The notes: generated from the letters alone by a model not told the origin. Positions 40,846-50,153 are shown, counted from the stretch's first letter. The stretch: DNA of 64,000 nucleotides from an uncultured Phycisphaerales bacterium (GCA_963758525.1 CAVWVQ010000003.1:4512001-4576000), one strand, 5' to 3'. Numbers and translations are program-made.

Positions 40846-41472
40846 TCAGACTTGAGGCTCGGGCGACGATTCAATCGGCATCACGCCGTGATCGAAACGT
40901 TCACCGCGAAGCAGGCGCATGGGCGAGTTGTGATACAGCTTGATGTCGTGGAAAGGGTCGGTCAGGATCTTGGTTGCCCATATCAAGCCCGTTCGGAGGT
41001 CCTGGGCAATCCATAATTGAACCACCCTGAAAAGGACGGCGGCAGCGCCGAGAAACAACCAGATACAGCCAATGCGGCGCACCACGTCGACCCAGTTCGC
41101 TGAAGGTTTGAAGAGGCCGAACAGGGTGGGGCTGAATACCAAGGGCAACGGGGAGCAGATCCAGATGCCCATCAATATCCATTTGCGAAACAGGTTGTAG
41201 CCCGTTTTCACTTCCTCCTTATACGCCTGGGTCACCTGGTTGGCGGTGTCATAGCCCTTGGGCTCAAAGAAGAAGTGGCCGGACTGGCGGCTGGCCATGG
41301 CAAGTGTCCAGGCAATGAAACTCGCGATCCCCGGATCGAACGGAAACAACAGGTAACAACAGACAAATGTCGTGGCGCTGAAAAAGTGCAGGCTCTGGTT
41401 AACCAGGCTGTGGTGGTATAGACGGTGGTCATCCCAGCGCTGCTGATGAAGTGTTTCACGAAAAGTAGCCAT
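40846..41472 (-). CDS. His-rich hypothetical membrane protein (Mpo1/DUF962-like motifs)
   Basis: DDHRLYHHSLVNQSLH; RQSGHFFFEPKGYD; 4-5 TM segments. Confidence 0.7.
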   Translation of the reverse strand: MATFRETLHQQRWDDHRLYHHSLVNQSLHFFSATTFVCCYLLFPFDPGIASFIAWTLAMASRQSGHFFFEPKGYDTANQVTQAYKEEVKTGYNLFRKWILMGIWICSPLPLVFSPTLFGLFKPSANWVDVVRRIGCIWLFLGAAAVLFRVVQLWIAQDLRTGLIWATKILTDPFHDIKLYHNSPMRLLRGERFDHGVMPIESSPEPQV

Positions 41473-41535
41473 ATCCTTTGTCCCTTTCGTTGTGTTGGCG
41501 ATTGCCGAACATCCTTGCGGTTTGAATGACACCTT

Positions 41536-42210
41536 TTACGTGCAGCCTGCGAGCGAGGTCACGCTCGCGGCGGTCGCGCCGATCTTCGCAAACCGGATCA
41601 GCGAAAAATGCCCCAGTGGCGGCAGCGGCGTGTGCTCGATCAGTTTGACGCTCGAATTGCCGGCGGCCCAGATCATGTAGCGAGAGAACGGAAACTCCGT
41701 GCGCCATCCAAGCTTGGTTGTGACCGGCATCAAAGTTTTCTCGATCCCCGCCCGCATGCCGCGGTCGGCGCCGATGCGGGTGGTGATGACGACTTCGCCG
41801 CCGGGTCGCACGACACGCGCAAGCTCGCTGAGCGCTACCTCAGGGTTCGGGCACGCGGTCACGACATACTGTGCGACCGCGACATCAAAACTGTTGTCGG
41901 CAAATCGCAGGTCCTCCGCATCGCCGATCTCCAGGGATTCGACGTTTTCGAGCCTGAGTTTTTTGACCCGTCTGCGCGCGACGTCGAGCATTCGCTCTGA
42001 GATGTCCACTCCCACGATGCTTGTCGTCGCAGCATATCCCGGCAGCGAAAGGCCCGTGCCGACACCGACTTCAAGGATACGCCCGCCGATCCGTTCGGCG
42101 ACGTCAACCGCTGCCGCTCGACCGCGTCGGAAAATTCGGCCGAACACGAAGTCGTAGATCGGCGCCAACCTTCCGTACGCGTTGGCGACTCCGGTGGTAT
42201 TCATCTCCAT
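41536..42210 (-). CDS. pmtA: Phosphatidylethanolamine N-methyltransferase (Rhodobacter PmtA-type)
   Basis: AYGRLAPIYDFVFG; ILEVGVGTGLSL; LGWRTEF. Confidence 0.75.
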   Translation of the reverse strand: MEMNTTGVANAYGRLAPIYDFVFGRIFRRGRAAAVDVAERIGGRILEVGVGTGLSLPGYAATTSIVGVDISERMLDVARRRVKKLRLENVESLEIGDAEDLRFADNSFDVAVAQYVVTACPNPEVALSELARVVRPGGEVVITTRIGADRGMRAGIEKTLMPVTTKLGWRTEFPFSRYMIWAAGNSSVKLIEHTPLPPLGHFSLIRFAKIGATAASVTSLAGCT

Positions 42211-42500
42211 TGTGAGTTGGATCTCCTGAATGAACCTGCGGGAGTACGGGTTCGTGCGAATGTCATGGCTGCCCTGCGGCCGCTGTACGATTCCTGAAAG
42301 CGCTCGTTGCGCAAGGTCATTGGGAGCACCCATTGCGAGCGTGCTCCAACTTATACAGCAACTTCCGCAACAAAATGGGTTGCGCGGAAGGGGTTCGCGG
42401 AGAATTAACGTGCCCCTTGCAAGATCTGAACGGCTCGGCTGCCGAATGGAGATTCGCTGGTGGGCAGCGGTGTGCGATTGCGATCATTTGCACGTGAGAC

Positions 42501-43466
42501 TTACGTGCGCGGCAATCGCATGATCGCTTCTCCGGCCTTGATCGGTCGCCCTTCGCGTACATTCTCCGTCAGGTTGAATCCATCCGGCGTGAAAAGGATG
42601 ATGGTCGAGCCGTGCTCAAACCAGCCCATCTCTTGTCCTTTGACCAACCTGCCGTTGCAGGGAATGTGGTGCGTCCCGCGGCGCGTTGCGGAGCCGCGCC
42701 GTTCGCCGAGAGCTGTTTGACGCTTGCCATCGGCTTTGGCGAGGGTCCGTAAGTGCCGCACGGTGTCGCACAGGTGCAACCGGATGCTGGCGACGAGTAT
42801 CGCCGCCACGGGCACCAGCAATATCGGCTGGCGCGATGGTTCCAGGCTGCAGTGGATCACGGCCCGTTCGTTCTTGCAAAACAACTTTTCCACGCGCTTA
42901 AGTGCGATGGGGTTGACGTTCCAGGTGTCGCCGGACATGTAGGTGACCTTGTCCACGGACAGATCGGCCGGCGCATGGAAGCGGTGATACATGCTCGATG
43001 TCAGCCGCATGGTGATGAAGCGGCCGTGCCGAAACTCGTCGGTGTTCGCCGCGTCGCCGCACAGATCCGCCAGTGTGTAGGGAAAACCTTTGATCTGATA
43101 AACCCGGTCGCCTTCGATGCGGCCGCATGCCCCGACGATCGCATCACACGGCGAGACGAGAATGTCGGGTCGGGGGTCGGAGGGTCGCGCTCCAGGCTTG
43201 AGCGCTCGCGTAAAGCACTCGTGCAGCGAGCGAAAGTTCAGGGTTGCCGCATCCGACAGATCGAGGTCGGTGAACATTTTCCAGGCGGCGATCGAAGTCC
43301 GGCACACGAATGGATTCTCGATTCTGCTGATGCGGCCGACCAATTGAGTCGTCAACCGTCGCGGCAGCCGATTGGTCAGCAGGAAATTGATATCTTCCCG
43401 GGCGACCAGCGTCACCACGCGGGAGCGCACCCATGCTTTGGATTGGGAGAAGAATTTGCGTGTCAC
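42501..43466 (-). CDS. psd: Phosphatidylserine decarboxylase-like proenzyme
   Basis: FTRALKPGARP; VSPCDA; YHRFHAP; KNER; KGQEMGWFEHGSTII (G-S cleavage site). Confidence 0.85.
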   Translation of the reverse strand: MTRKFFSQSKAWVRSRVVTLVAREDINFLLTNRLPRRLTTQLVGRISRIENPFVCRTSIAAWKMFTDLDLSDAATLNFRSLHECFTRALKPGARPSDPRPDILVSPCDAIVGACGRIEGDRVYQIKGFPYTLADLCGDAANTDEFRHGRFITMRLTSSMYHRFHAPADLSVDKVTYMSGDTWNVNPIALKRVEKLFCKNERAVIHCSLEPSRQPILLVPVAAILVASIRLHLCDTVRHLRTLAKADGKRQTALGERRGSATRRGTHHIPCNGRLVKGQEMGWFEHGSTIILFTPDGFNLTENVREGRPIKAGEAIMRLPRT

Positions 43467-43586
43467 TCAATGCTCTCGCGCGATCGCACGTTGCCAGAGG
43501 TCACTTTCAGCCGCTGCCCGCCCGGCAGCCAGGTTGCCACACATGGGCGTACTCGCTCGCGTTTTATCCGGGCATAAGTCAAGAAC

Positions 43587-45245
43587 ATGATCAACCAATA
43601 TTTCACCGTATGGATCTGTGCCGCCGTGCTTGTGACGCTGGGACTGATGCGCGGGTGGCGTCGACTTCAACTCTCTGGCGCGAAGCATCCTGGACTTGTC
43701 GGGCATCCCCGCATGGGACGGCGACTCGCCCGCGCGCTGCCATTTTACGACTTCGATACCGACCGCTTCTTCCGGGTCGATGATCCTCCGGCCCAGATTG
43801 CCCAGCGCCGGCAAGCCGGGTTCGAGTGTCTCGCGACGCTATACCAAACTCGTTTTACCAAGACGGCCGCGCTGACGAAAGAAGTCCGTACGGGACTCTC
43901 AGACCTGCAGTTCACAGCTGCTTACCGCGTGCCTTTTCAATTCAGCCGTGTCGTTCGCGAACGTCTCCCGGTCGGCGCGTTTGCGGAATCGACCTCCGGC
44001 GTGACCGTGACCGATCTGGATGGGAATGTCTTCTATGACGTGAGCGGGTCCTATGGCGTCAACCTTTTCGGGCAGGATTTTTACAAGAGCTGCATTAATG
44101 AAGGCGTCAGGACGGCGGGCCAACTCGGCCCCGTGCTCGGACTTTACCACCCCGTCGTCGCCGACAACGTCGCCAGATTGCGAACGATTTCGGGATTGGA
44201 CGAAATAAGCTTTCACATGTCGGGGACGGAAGCGGTGATGCAGGCGGTGCAACTGGCCCGTTACCATACCGGCCGATCGCACGTGGTCCGATTCGCAGGC
44301 GCCTATCACGGCTGGTGGGGGGACGTGCAGCCGGGGATCGGCAACCCCGTCCCGGCCGACCGCACCTACACCCTTGCCGACATGTCGGACAGAAGTTTGC
44401 GGATCATCGCCAATCGTCGCGACATCGCATGCGTCCTGGTGAATCCGCTCCAGGCGCTGCACCCCAACTCCGCCGCTGTCTCCGATGGCTCTCTGGTGGA
44501 TAGCGGCCGCCGGGCGGCGTTTGACCGTGGCGCTTACACCGTCTGGCTCCAACGACTGGCCGGCGCATGCCGTGAAGCCGGTGTGCCCCTCATCATGGAT
44601 GAAGTGTTCCTCGGCTTTCGCCTGGCGGCCGGTGGCGCCAGTGCGTACTTCGGCGTCTATCCGGACCTGGTGACCTATGGAAAGTCGCTGGGAGGCGGCC
44701 TGCCGGTCGGCGTGCTGTGCGGGCGCGCCGAACTGATGAAGCGCTTCCGTACCGACCGGCCCGCCGATGTGTGTTTCGCCAGGGGCACGTTCAACGCCCA
44801 TCCATATGTGATGGGCGCGATGAACGCTTTTTTGCGGGCGATCGACACGCCGGACATCCGCGCGCTCTACAGCGACCTTGATGCGAAGTGGAACGCTCGC
44901 GCCGCCGCCCTCAACGACCGGCTCGCCGCCGAACGCTTGCCGCCGCGCGTCGCGAACCTCTCCACCATCTGGACGGTCCTCTATGAACTGCCGTCCCGTT
45001 ATAACTGGATGTTCCAGTACTACCTGCGGGCAGAAGGATTGGCGCTGAGTTGGGTCGGCACCGGCAGGATGATTTTCAGCCTCAATTACTCCGACGCAGA
45101 GTTCCAGGCCGTCGCCGATCGTTTCGTCTCCGCCGCCAGGAAGATGCAGGCCGATGGGTGGTGGTGGGCGCCCAACGGACAAACCAACAAGGGAATCCGG
45201 CGGAAAATTCTATTGGAGACGTTGCGGAAGCGATTCGGCAGCTAA
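43587..45245 (+). CDS. Class III PLP aminotransferase (GSA 2,1-aminomutase-like) with N-terminal membrane anchor and extension
   Basis: DLDGN; SGTEAVMQA; AYHGW; DEVFLGFR; TYGKSLGGGLPVG; GTFNAHP. Confidence 0.88.
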   Translation: MINQYFTVWICAAVLVTLGLMRGWRRLQLSGAKHPGLVGHPRMGRRLARALPFYDFDTDRFFRVDDPPAQIAQRRQAGFECLATLYQTRFTKTAALTKEVRTGLSDLQFTAAYRVPFQFSRVVRERLPVGAFAESTSGVTVTDLDGNVFYDVSGSYGVNLFGQDFYKSCINEGVRTAGQLGPVLGLYHPVVADNVARLRTISGLDEISFHMSGTEAVMQAVQLARYHTGRSHVVRFAGAYHGWWGDVQPGIGNPVPADRTYTLADMSDRSLRIIANRRDIACVLVNPLQALHPNSAAVSDGSLVDSGRRAAFDRGAYTVWLQRLAGACREAGVPLIMDEVFLGFRLAAGGASAYFGVYPDLVTYGKSLGGGLPVGVLCGRAELMKRFRTDRPADVCFARGTFNAHPYVMGAMNAFLRAIDTPDIRALYSDLDAKWNARAAALNDRLAAERLPPRVANLSTIWTVLYELPSRYNWMFQYYLRAEGLALSWVGTGRMIFSLNYSDAEFQAVADRFVSAARKMQADGWWWAPNGQTNKGIRRKILLETLRKRFGS

Positions 45246-46283
45246 ATGCAGTTCCCTGTCGTGATGAACCGTCCCGCGAGGCAAACGACGAATCGGTGCC
45301 ATTGATTCGATGACAGTTTTTGCGCATTTTTCCCACGTGCAGGTCCGCGCGTATTCGAGGCAAGCCTGGCTGTCGAGGTTTAGTGCCGCAAGGCACGCGG
45401 CCTGCAGATCGTTGTCGAGAACACCGGTTACATTCTGTTGTACGACATCAATCGGGCCGGTCACCGGATACGCCGCCACGGGAACGCCGCAGGCGTTGGC
45501 TTCGAGCATGGTGATGCCGAAGGTATCGGTGCGGCTGGGGAACACAAACACGTCGGCGGCGGAATAGAGGCGTGCCAGGTCCTGGCCGTACTGATATCCC
45601 GTCCAATGGACCTGCGGGTACTGGCGCTGCAATGCGGCTCGTGCCAGACCGTCCCCGACCACGACTTTGCTGCCGGGCAGCTTTATAGCCAAAAATGCCT
45701 CGATGTTTTTTTCCGGCGCGATACGACTGGCGGTAAGGAAGATCGGTCGCGGCAAAGACAATCCGGTCTTACCGTGCGGCTTGAACACCTGCATATCAGC
45801 CCCGCGACTCCAGATGACGGTGTTGTCAAAGCCATGTGACTGTAGTTCCGTTGCCACCGAGCGTGTGGGGACCAGGGTTCGGGTGGCGGCTCGATGGAAC
45901 CACTTCAAAAGCTTCCAAGTCAGCGCCGCGGGAACGCCATAATAAATGCTGAGGTAGCGGGGGTACTGCGTATGGTAGGAGGTGGTAAAGGGCAGCCTGC
46001 GTTTGGAGCAATAAGCGCGACACGCAAGTCCCAGCGGTCCTTCCGTAGCGACGTGGATTGCCTTCGGTTGGAAAGCATCCAACAGCGATGCCACTTTCGC
46101 CCGAGGGAGCACGGCGAGACGAATTTCCGGGTATTTGGGGGCGGCGACGGTACAAAACAGCCCGGGGTGGATGACCAGAACATCGTAACCCAGCCGCTCC
46201 AGTTGACGAACGACCTCGGTCCAAGTCCGCACCACGCCGTTCACCTGGGGCATCCATGCATCGGTGACAAGAGCGAACTTCAT
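45210..46283 (-). CDS. GT4 glycosyltransferase
   Basis: VTDAWMPQVNGVVRT; HVATEGPLG; FPSRTDTFGITMLEANACG. Confidence 0.92.
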   Translation of the reverse strand: MKFALVTDAWMPQVNGVVRTWTEVVRQLERLGYDVLVIHPGLFCTVAAPKYPEIRLAVLPRAKVASLLDAFQPKAIHVATEGPLGLACRAYCSKRRLPFTTSYHTQYPRYLSIYYGVPAALTWKLLKWFHRAATRTLVPTRSVATELQSHGFDNTVIWSRGADMQVFKPHGKTGLSLPRPIFLTASRIAPEKNIEAFLAIKLPGSKVVVGDGLARAALQRQYPQVHWTGYQYGQDLARLYSAADVFVFPSRTDTFGITMLEANACGVPVAAYPVTGPIDVVQQNVTGVLDNDLQAACLAALNLDSQACLEYARTCTWEKCAKTVIESMAPIRRLPRGTVHHDRELHLAAESLPQRLQ

Positions 46284-46463
46284 CGACCTCCTGCAGCCAT
46301 CGCTAATTGTGGAAAGCAAAGCGTCCGCACGTGGGCGTACTCGCGCACGTGCATCTAGGTCGGTATCATTAAACGACAATTCAAAGGATTTTGATCAGGA
46401 TAGATGAAGGTTCCATAAAACGCGCGTTTTTTTTGAAACTGGAGAATAACGTAGTGCCGCCGC

Positions 46464-46605
46464 TCAACGCCCGGTCATTTGCTCCCAATTTCTCGGGATA
46501 CCGATTCCCCTGCACGGTGATTTCTGCGGCGGCGGCGTCGATGTCGCGCAGGTCGTCGGACGAGAGTTTCACCGATAAGGCTCCCAGGTTCTCGTCGAGG
46601 CGGTG
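46464..46605 (-). pseudogene. Aldo/keto reductase C-terminal remnant
   Basis: HRLDENLGALSVKLSSDDLRDIDAAAAEITVQGNRYPEKL. Confidence 0.75.
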
Positions 46606-46723
46606 CGGAAGTCTTATCAAATTAAAACGCAATTATAGGATGCATCGGTCTCGCGACGGAGAGCGAAATTGATAGCATTCTCGCGACTCGCCGCGATCGC
46701 AGCCAAGAAAGCAGGGACATGAA

Positions 46724-48145
46724 TTGGAAGAAATATCTGTAGCCTCCGCTGGCGGGGTTTCGCCGGCAATCAAGCGGGCGACACTGTTGCCGCTGGTCGC
46801 GATTACTTATTGCATGGTCGCCGGCGGCCCATACGGCTTGGAAGATTTGATCAGTTCGGCGGGGTATCGCAATGCGGTGCTGCTGCTGTTGATCACGCCG
46901 CTGCTGTGGTCCTTTCCGGTGACGTTGATGGTCAGCGAACTGTCGACCGCGATGCCGGAAGACGGCGGCTACTACGTCTGGGTGCGGCGGGCGATGGGGC
47001 CGTTCTGGGGATTTCAGGAAGCGTGGCTTTCGCTTGCCGCCAGCGTTTTTGACATGGCGATCTACCCGACGCTGTTTATCAGCTATCTGGCCCGACTCTG
47101 GCCGGCGGCGGGTGGCGGAACTCTGTCGACATGGATCGGAATTGGTCTGATTGCCGTGTGTGTCGCAATCAACCTGGCGGGAATTCGACTGGTCGGCGCC
47201 GGTTCGCTTGCGATGACCCTGGCGCTGCTGCTGCCGTTCGCGGTGGTGGTCGTGCTGGCGTTGTGCTGTCATCCGCAGGCGGCGGCGGTATCGAACGCGA
47301 CCCCCGCGCCCCCCATGCAGATGAATTGGATCGGCGGCATCCTGGTGGTGATGTGGAATTACATGGGCTGGGACAACGCCTCGACGATCGCAGGGGAGGT
47401 GGATCGCCCCCAGCGAACCTACCCGCTGGCGATGCTGCTGTCGGTGCTTCTGGTGGCGGCGACGTATGTCATCCCCGTGGCGGCGGCCGCGCGGACCGGA
47501 ATCGCGCCGCAGAGTTGGGACACCGGGTCATGGGTGGACGTGGGAAGAACCGTCGGCGCCGGCATCGGCCCGCGGTTGGGCGAGGGTTTGGCGGTTGCGC
47601 TGACGGCGGGCGGGATGATCTCCGCGTTCTCGATGTTCAACGCGCTGATCCTCTCGTATTCGCGCGTGCCCATCGCGATGGCGGCGGACGGTTTTCTGCC
47701 GAAGGTGCTGGGCCTCCGAAGCCGTCGCACCGGCGTTCCCTGGGTGGCGATCCTCGTGTGTGCGGTCGGCTGGGGAATGTGCATGAAACTCGGGTTCGAG
47801 AAGCTGCTGCTGCTCGACACCTTGCTCTATGGGCTGAGCCTTATCCTCGAGTTTGCCGCGCTGATTGCTCTCCGCTTGCGCGAGCCGCGCTTGCCTCGTC
47901 CGTATAAAGTTCCAGGCGGTCTGCTGGGTTGTATCCTCATCAGCCTCGGCCCGATTCCAATCATGTGCGTCGCGTTCTACCAATCCCTCTCCGACGAGGG
48001 GGCACACAAGGGACTGATCGTCTCGGCTGTCACCGTGGTCGCGGGCGTCGTCCTCTATTTCGTCGCGGTCTGGATTAACCCGCGATTGCGAAAGCGGCCT
48101 GAATCACTGGTGCTGACCGAAGCATCAATTTCCGGCACATCGTGA
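46724..48145 (+). CDS. APC family amino acid/polyamine permease
   Basis: VAGGPYGLE; ELSTAMPEDGGYYVWV; WNYMGWDNASTIAGEV; ~12 TM segments. Confidence 0.9.
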   Translation: MEEISVASAGGVSPAIKRATLLPLVAITYCMVAGGPYGLEDLISSAGYRNAVLLLLITPLLWSFPVTLMVSELSTAMPEDGGYYVWVRRAMGPFWGFQEAWLSLAASVFDMAIYPTLFISYLARLWPAAGGGTLSTWIGIGLIAVCVAINLAGIRLVGAGSLAMTLALLLPFAVVVVLALCCHPQAAAVSNATPAPPMQMNWIGGILVVMWNYMGWDNASTIAGEVDRPQRTYPLAMLLSVLLVAATYVIPVAAAARTGIAPQSWDTGSWVDVGRTVGAGIGPRLGEGLAVALTAGGMISAFSMFNALILSYSRVPIAMAADGFLPKVLGLRSRRTGVPWVAILVCAVGWGMCMKLGFEKLLLLDTLLYGLSLILEFAALIALRLREPRLPRPYKVPGGLLGCILISLGPIPIMCVAFYQSLSDEGAHKGLIVSAVTVVAGVVLYFVAVWINPRLRKRPESLVLTEASISGTS

Positions 48146-48148
48146 GCA

Positions 48149-48544
48149 TCACGGCAGGTATTGCTCGTCGGAAACCTTCTCCATCCACTCCACGACTTTG
48201 CCGTCGAGCTTCTCCGCGACGGCGATGTGGGTCATCGCCGTGGTTGGCGCGGCCCCGTGCCAGTGCTTCTCGTTTGGCGCAAACCAGACGATATCGCCCG
48301 GCCGGATCTCTTCGAGCGGGCCGCCTTCGCGCTGTGCGCGGCCGCACCCGGCCGTTACGATCAAGGTCTGCCCGAGCGGGTGCGTGTGCCACGCCGTGCG
48401 CGCGCCTGGCTCGAAGGTCACGATCGCGCCGCTGACCCGTGCCGCGTCGCTTCCCTGAAACGGCGAATCGATCCGAACCGCGCCAGTGAACCAATCTGCC
48501 GGCCCCTTTGCCGACGGCTGAGAGCCATTTCGTTTGATTTCCAT
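48149..48544 (-). CDS. Cupin domain protein
   Basis: [41 protein letters not shown]. Confidence 0.92.
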   Translation of the reverse strand: MEIKRNGSQPSAKGPADWFTGAVRIDSPFQGSDAARVSGAIVTFEPGARTAWHTHPLGQTLIVTAGCGRAQREGGPLEEIRPGDIVWFAPNEKHWHGAAPTTAMTHIAVAEKLDGKVVEWMEKVSDEQYLP

Positions 48545-48621
48545 TTGTTTTCTCCTTGAAGGTTCCGCGGATAATACGACGCGTGGACCGGCTCAATTGA
48601 GCCGGCACGCGCGGCAATCGC

Positions 48622-48720
48622 ATGCACAAGGTAACGATCTACACTGACGGCGCCTGCTCGCACAATACGGACGGTGAATTCGCCGCAGTTCTCATTGATC
48701 CGAAGAAAGCGCGCACCCGT
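48622..48720 (+). pseudogene. RNase HI N-terminal fragment, copy 1
   Basis: MHKVTIYTDGACSHN..GEFAAVLI. Confidence 0.7.
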
Positions 48721-48728
48721 GAAGAGGT

Positions 48729-48825
48729 AACACGAATCTGCACGAATCGGGCACGACTCCTCACGAATAAACGCGGACGAATTCTGCTTCGTGAAGACTT
48801 GTGCGAATTCGTGCCGATTCGTGTT
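48729..48825. repeat. CACGAAT tandem/inverted repeat
   Basis: aacacgaatctgcacgaatcgggcacga ... ttgtgcgaattcgtgccgattcgtgtt. Confidence 0.75.
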
Positions 48826-48908
48826 CTGCATTTGTCGGTCACCTCGAACCGGGCGTGGTCTCGCTTGCTATTGCCCATGTTGATTATGTTGATTATATAA
48901 TTAACCGC

Positions 48909-49177
48909 ATGGCTCCACGTTCCGGTGGAATGAGTGGAACACGGACCACATCGCGGCGCACGGCGTGAGCCTGGAGGAAGCAGAGTTCGTGGTAAAGCAT
49001 CCGGCAAGCGGGTTCCCGCGGCGCCAGGGTGATGGCAAGTACCGGGTCTGGGGCCAGAGCGAAGACGGGCGTTATGTGCAGGTCATTTACATCTTCTCTC
49101 CGCCGGGAGTTACTTACGCGATCCACGCCCGTGAACTGGAAGATGATGAAAAGCGGCGGCTTCGCCGAAGGAGTTGA
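48909..49177 (+). CDS. BrnT-like toxin, frameshift near codon 3
   Basis: FRWNEWNTDHIAAHGVSLEEAEFV...GRYVQVIY...IHAREL. Confidence 0.8.
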
Positions 49178-49180
49178 ACC

Positions 49181-49498
49181 ATGGCCAAGCGCACAGCACA
49201 GAAACCGTACGATCAAATGAACGCACAGGAACTGACGACGGCGACAGCCGAGTATGATCGTCCTTGGAGAGGGCGCGGCTTGCCGGGCAAGCCGTTGACC
49301 GCGGCGGACCGCGCCAAGCATCGCCGGGCCGGGCTTGGCGGGCGACCCCGCATCGGCCAGGGCGCGAAGATCGTTCCCGTCAGCATCGAACGCGGCTTGC
49401 TCAAAAAAGTGGATGAATTCGCCAGGCGACACAAGCTGAAGCGGTCACAGATGGTGGTTGAGGGTCTTCGCCTGGTAATGCAGCGGCGGGCGGGCTGA
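49181..49498 (+). CDS. Antitoxin with C-terminal ribbon-helix-helix
   Basis: GRPRIGQGAKIVPVSIERGLLKKVDEFARRHKLKRSQMV. Confidence 0.8.
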   Translation: MAKRTAQKPYDQMNAQELTTATAEYDRPWRGRGLPGKPLTAADRAKHRRAGLGGRPRIGQGAKIVPVSIERGLLKKVDEFARRHKLKRSQMVVEGLRLVMQRRAG

Positions 49499-49552
49499 AA
49501 CGCGGCATCTTTTTTTCGCCTACTGGCCTCCGTTAAACTTTTGTCGCCCTCT

Positions 49553-49662
49553 CTGCTCCACAATCCCGGCGGGGACGGCGCGTTCGCCGCAGTTTTCATT
49601 CATCCGAAGAAAGCGATGTGCATTTCGGGCTACATCCCGGCTCCAACGATCAACAACCAGAC
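49553..49662 (+). pseudogene. RNase HI fragment, copy 2
   Basis: HNPGGDGAFAAVFIHPKKAMCISGYIPAPTINNQ; DNA similar to 48654-48711. Confidence 0.7.
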
Positions 49663-49791
49663 GGGTGTCGGTCTCTCGACATTCTGCATTGCACCGCGGC
49701 GAAGATGCTGGCCTCGCCGGAATTCTTCACAAGCGATGCCCGGCAAAGAAAGCTCGCTGCGGCGATGGGGCTAAACGCTGTCGTATTCTAA
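49663..49791 (+). pseudogene. VapC/PIN C-terminal remnant
   Basis: RSLDILHCTAAKMLASPEFFTSDARQRKLAAAMGL. Confidence 0.7.
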
Positions 49792-49838
49792 CCGATAAAG
49801 TCGAAGTCATTGCCCGACTTCACAAAGGCAATGCCCGC

Positions 49839-49981
49839 GGGTGTGGCGCTCGAAAGTGGCGATCGGCTCCGAGTAGGGCGGGATTCATCCCGCCGATTTG
49901 TTGGCCGGCTGAGAAAACGGCGGGATGAATCCCGCCCTACGATCGCAAAATCTGCAATCGCCACAAATAAAAGTTACACCC
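49839..49981 (-). mobile_element. 143-bp MITE with REP doublet, 8-bp TSD atgcccgc
   Basis: Exact reverse complement of 12683-12825; atgcccgc at 49831-49838 and 49982-49989. Confidence 0.92.
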
Positions 49982-50153
49982 ATGCCCGCACCGGCCGGTG
50001 CATACCAGTCCTGTCGATTACGACTCCGTTTTGAATGCGCAGGCGCTCCAGAAAAGCTCCTGCGTTTTTTGGCACATCTCGCGGTAGGATGACCCAGCGT
50101 GTAACGCCGGCGCACCATCTCCGGCATGCCGAGAAAACATATGGAGGAAGCCC

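Noticed and set aside
43587..45245. Housekeeping hemL
   Set aside because: TM anchor, long N-terminal extension and lipid-gene context argue against the canonical enzyme
48908..48917. catggctcca matching the tRNA-Ala 3' end as a possible attR
   Set aside because: Only 10 bp, coincides with a start codon, plausible by chance, and no integrase is present
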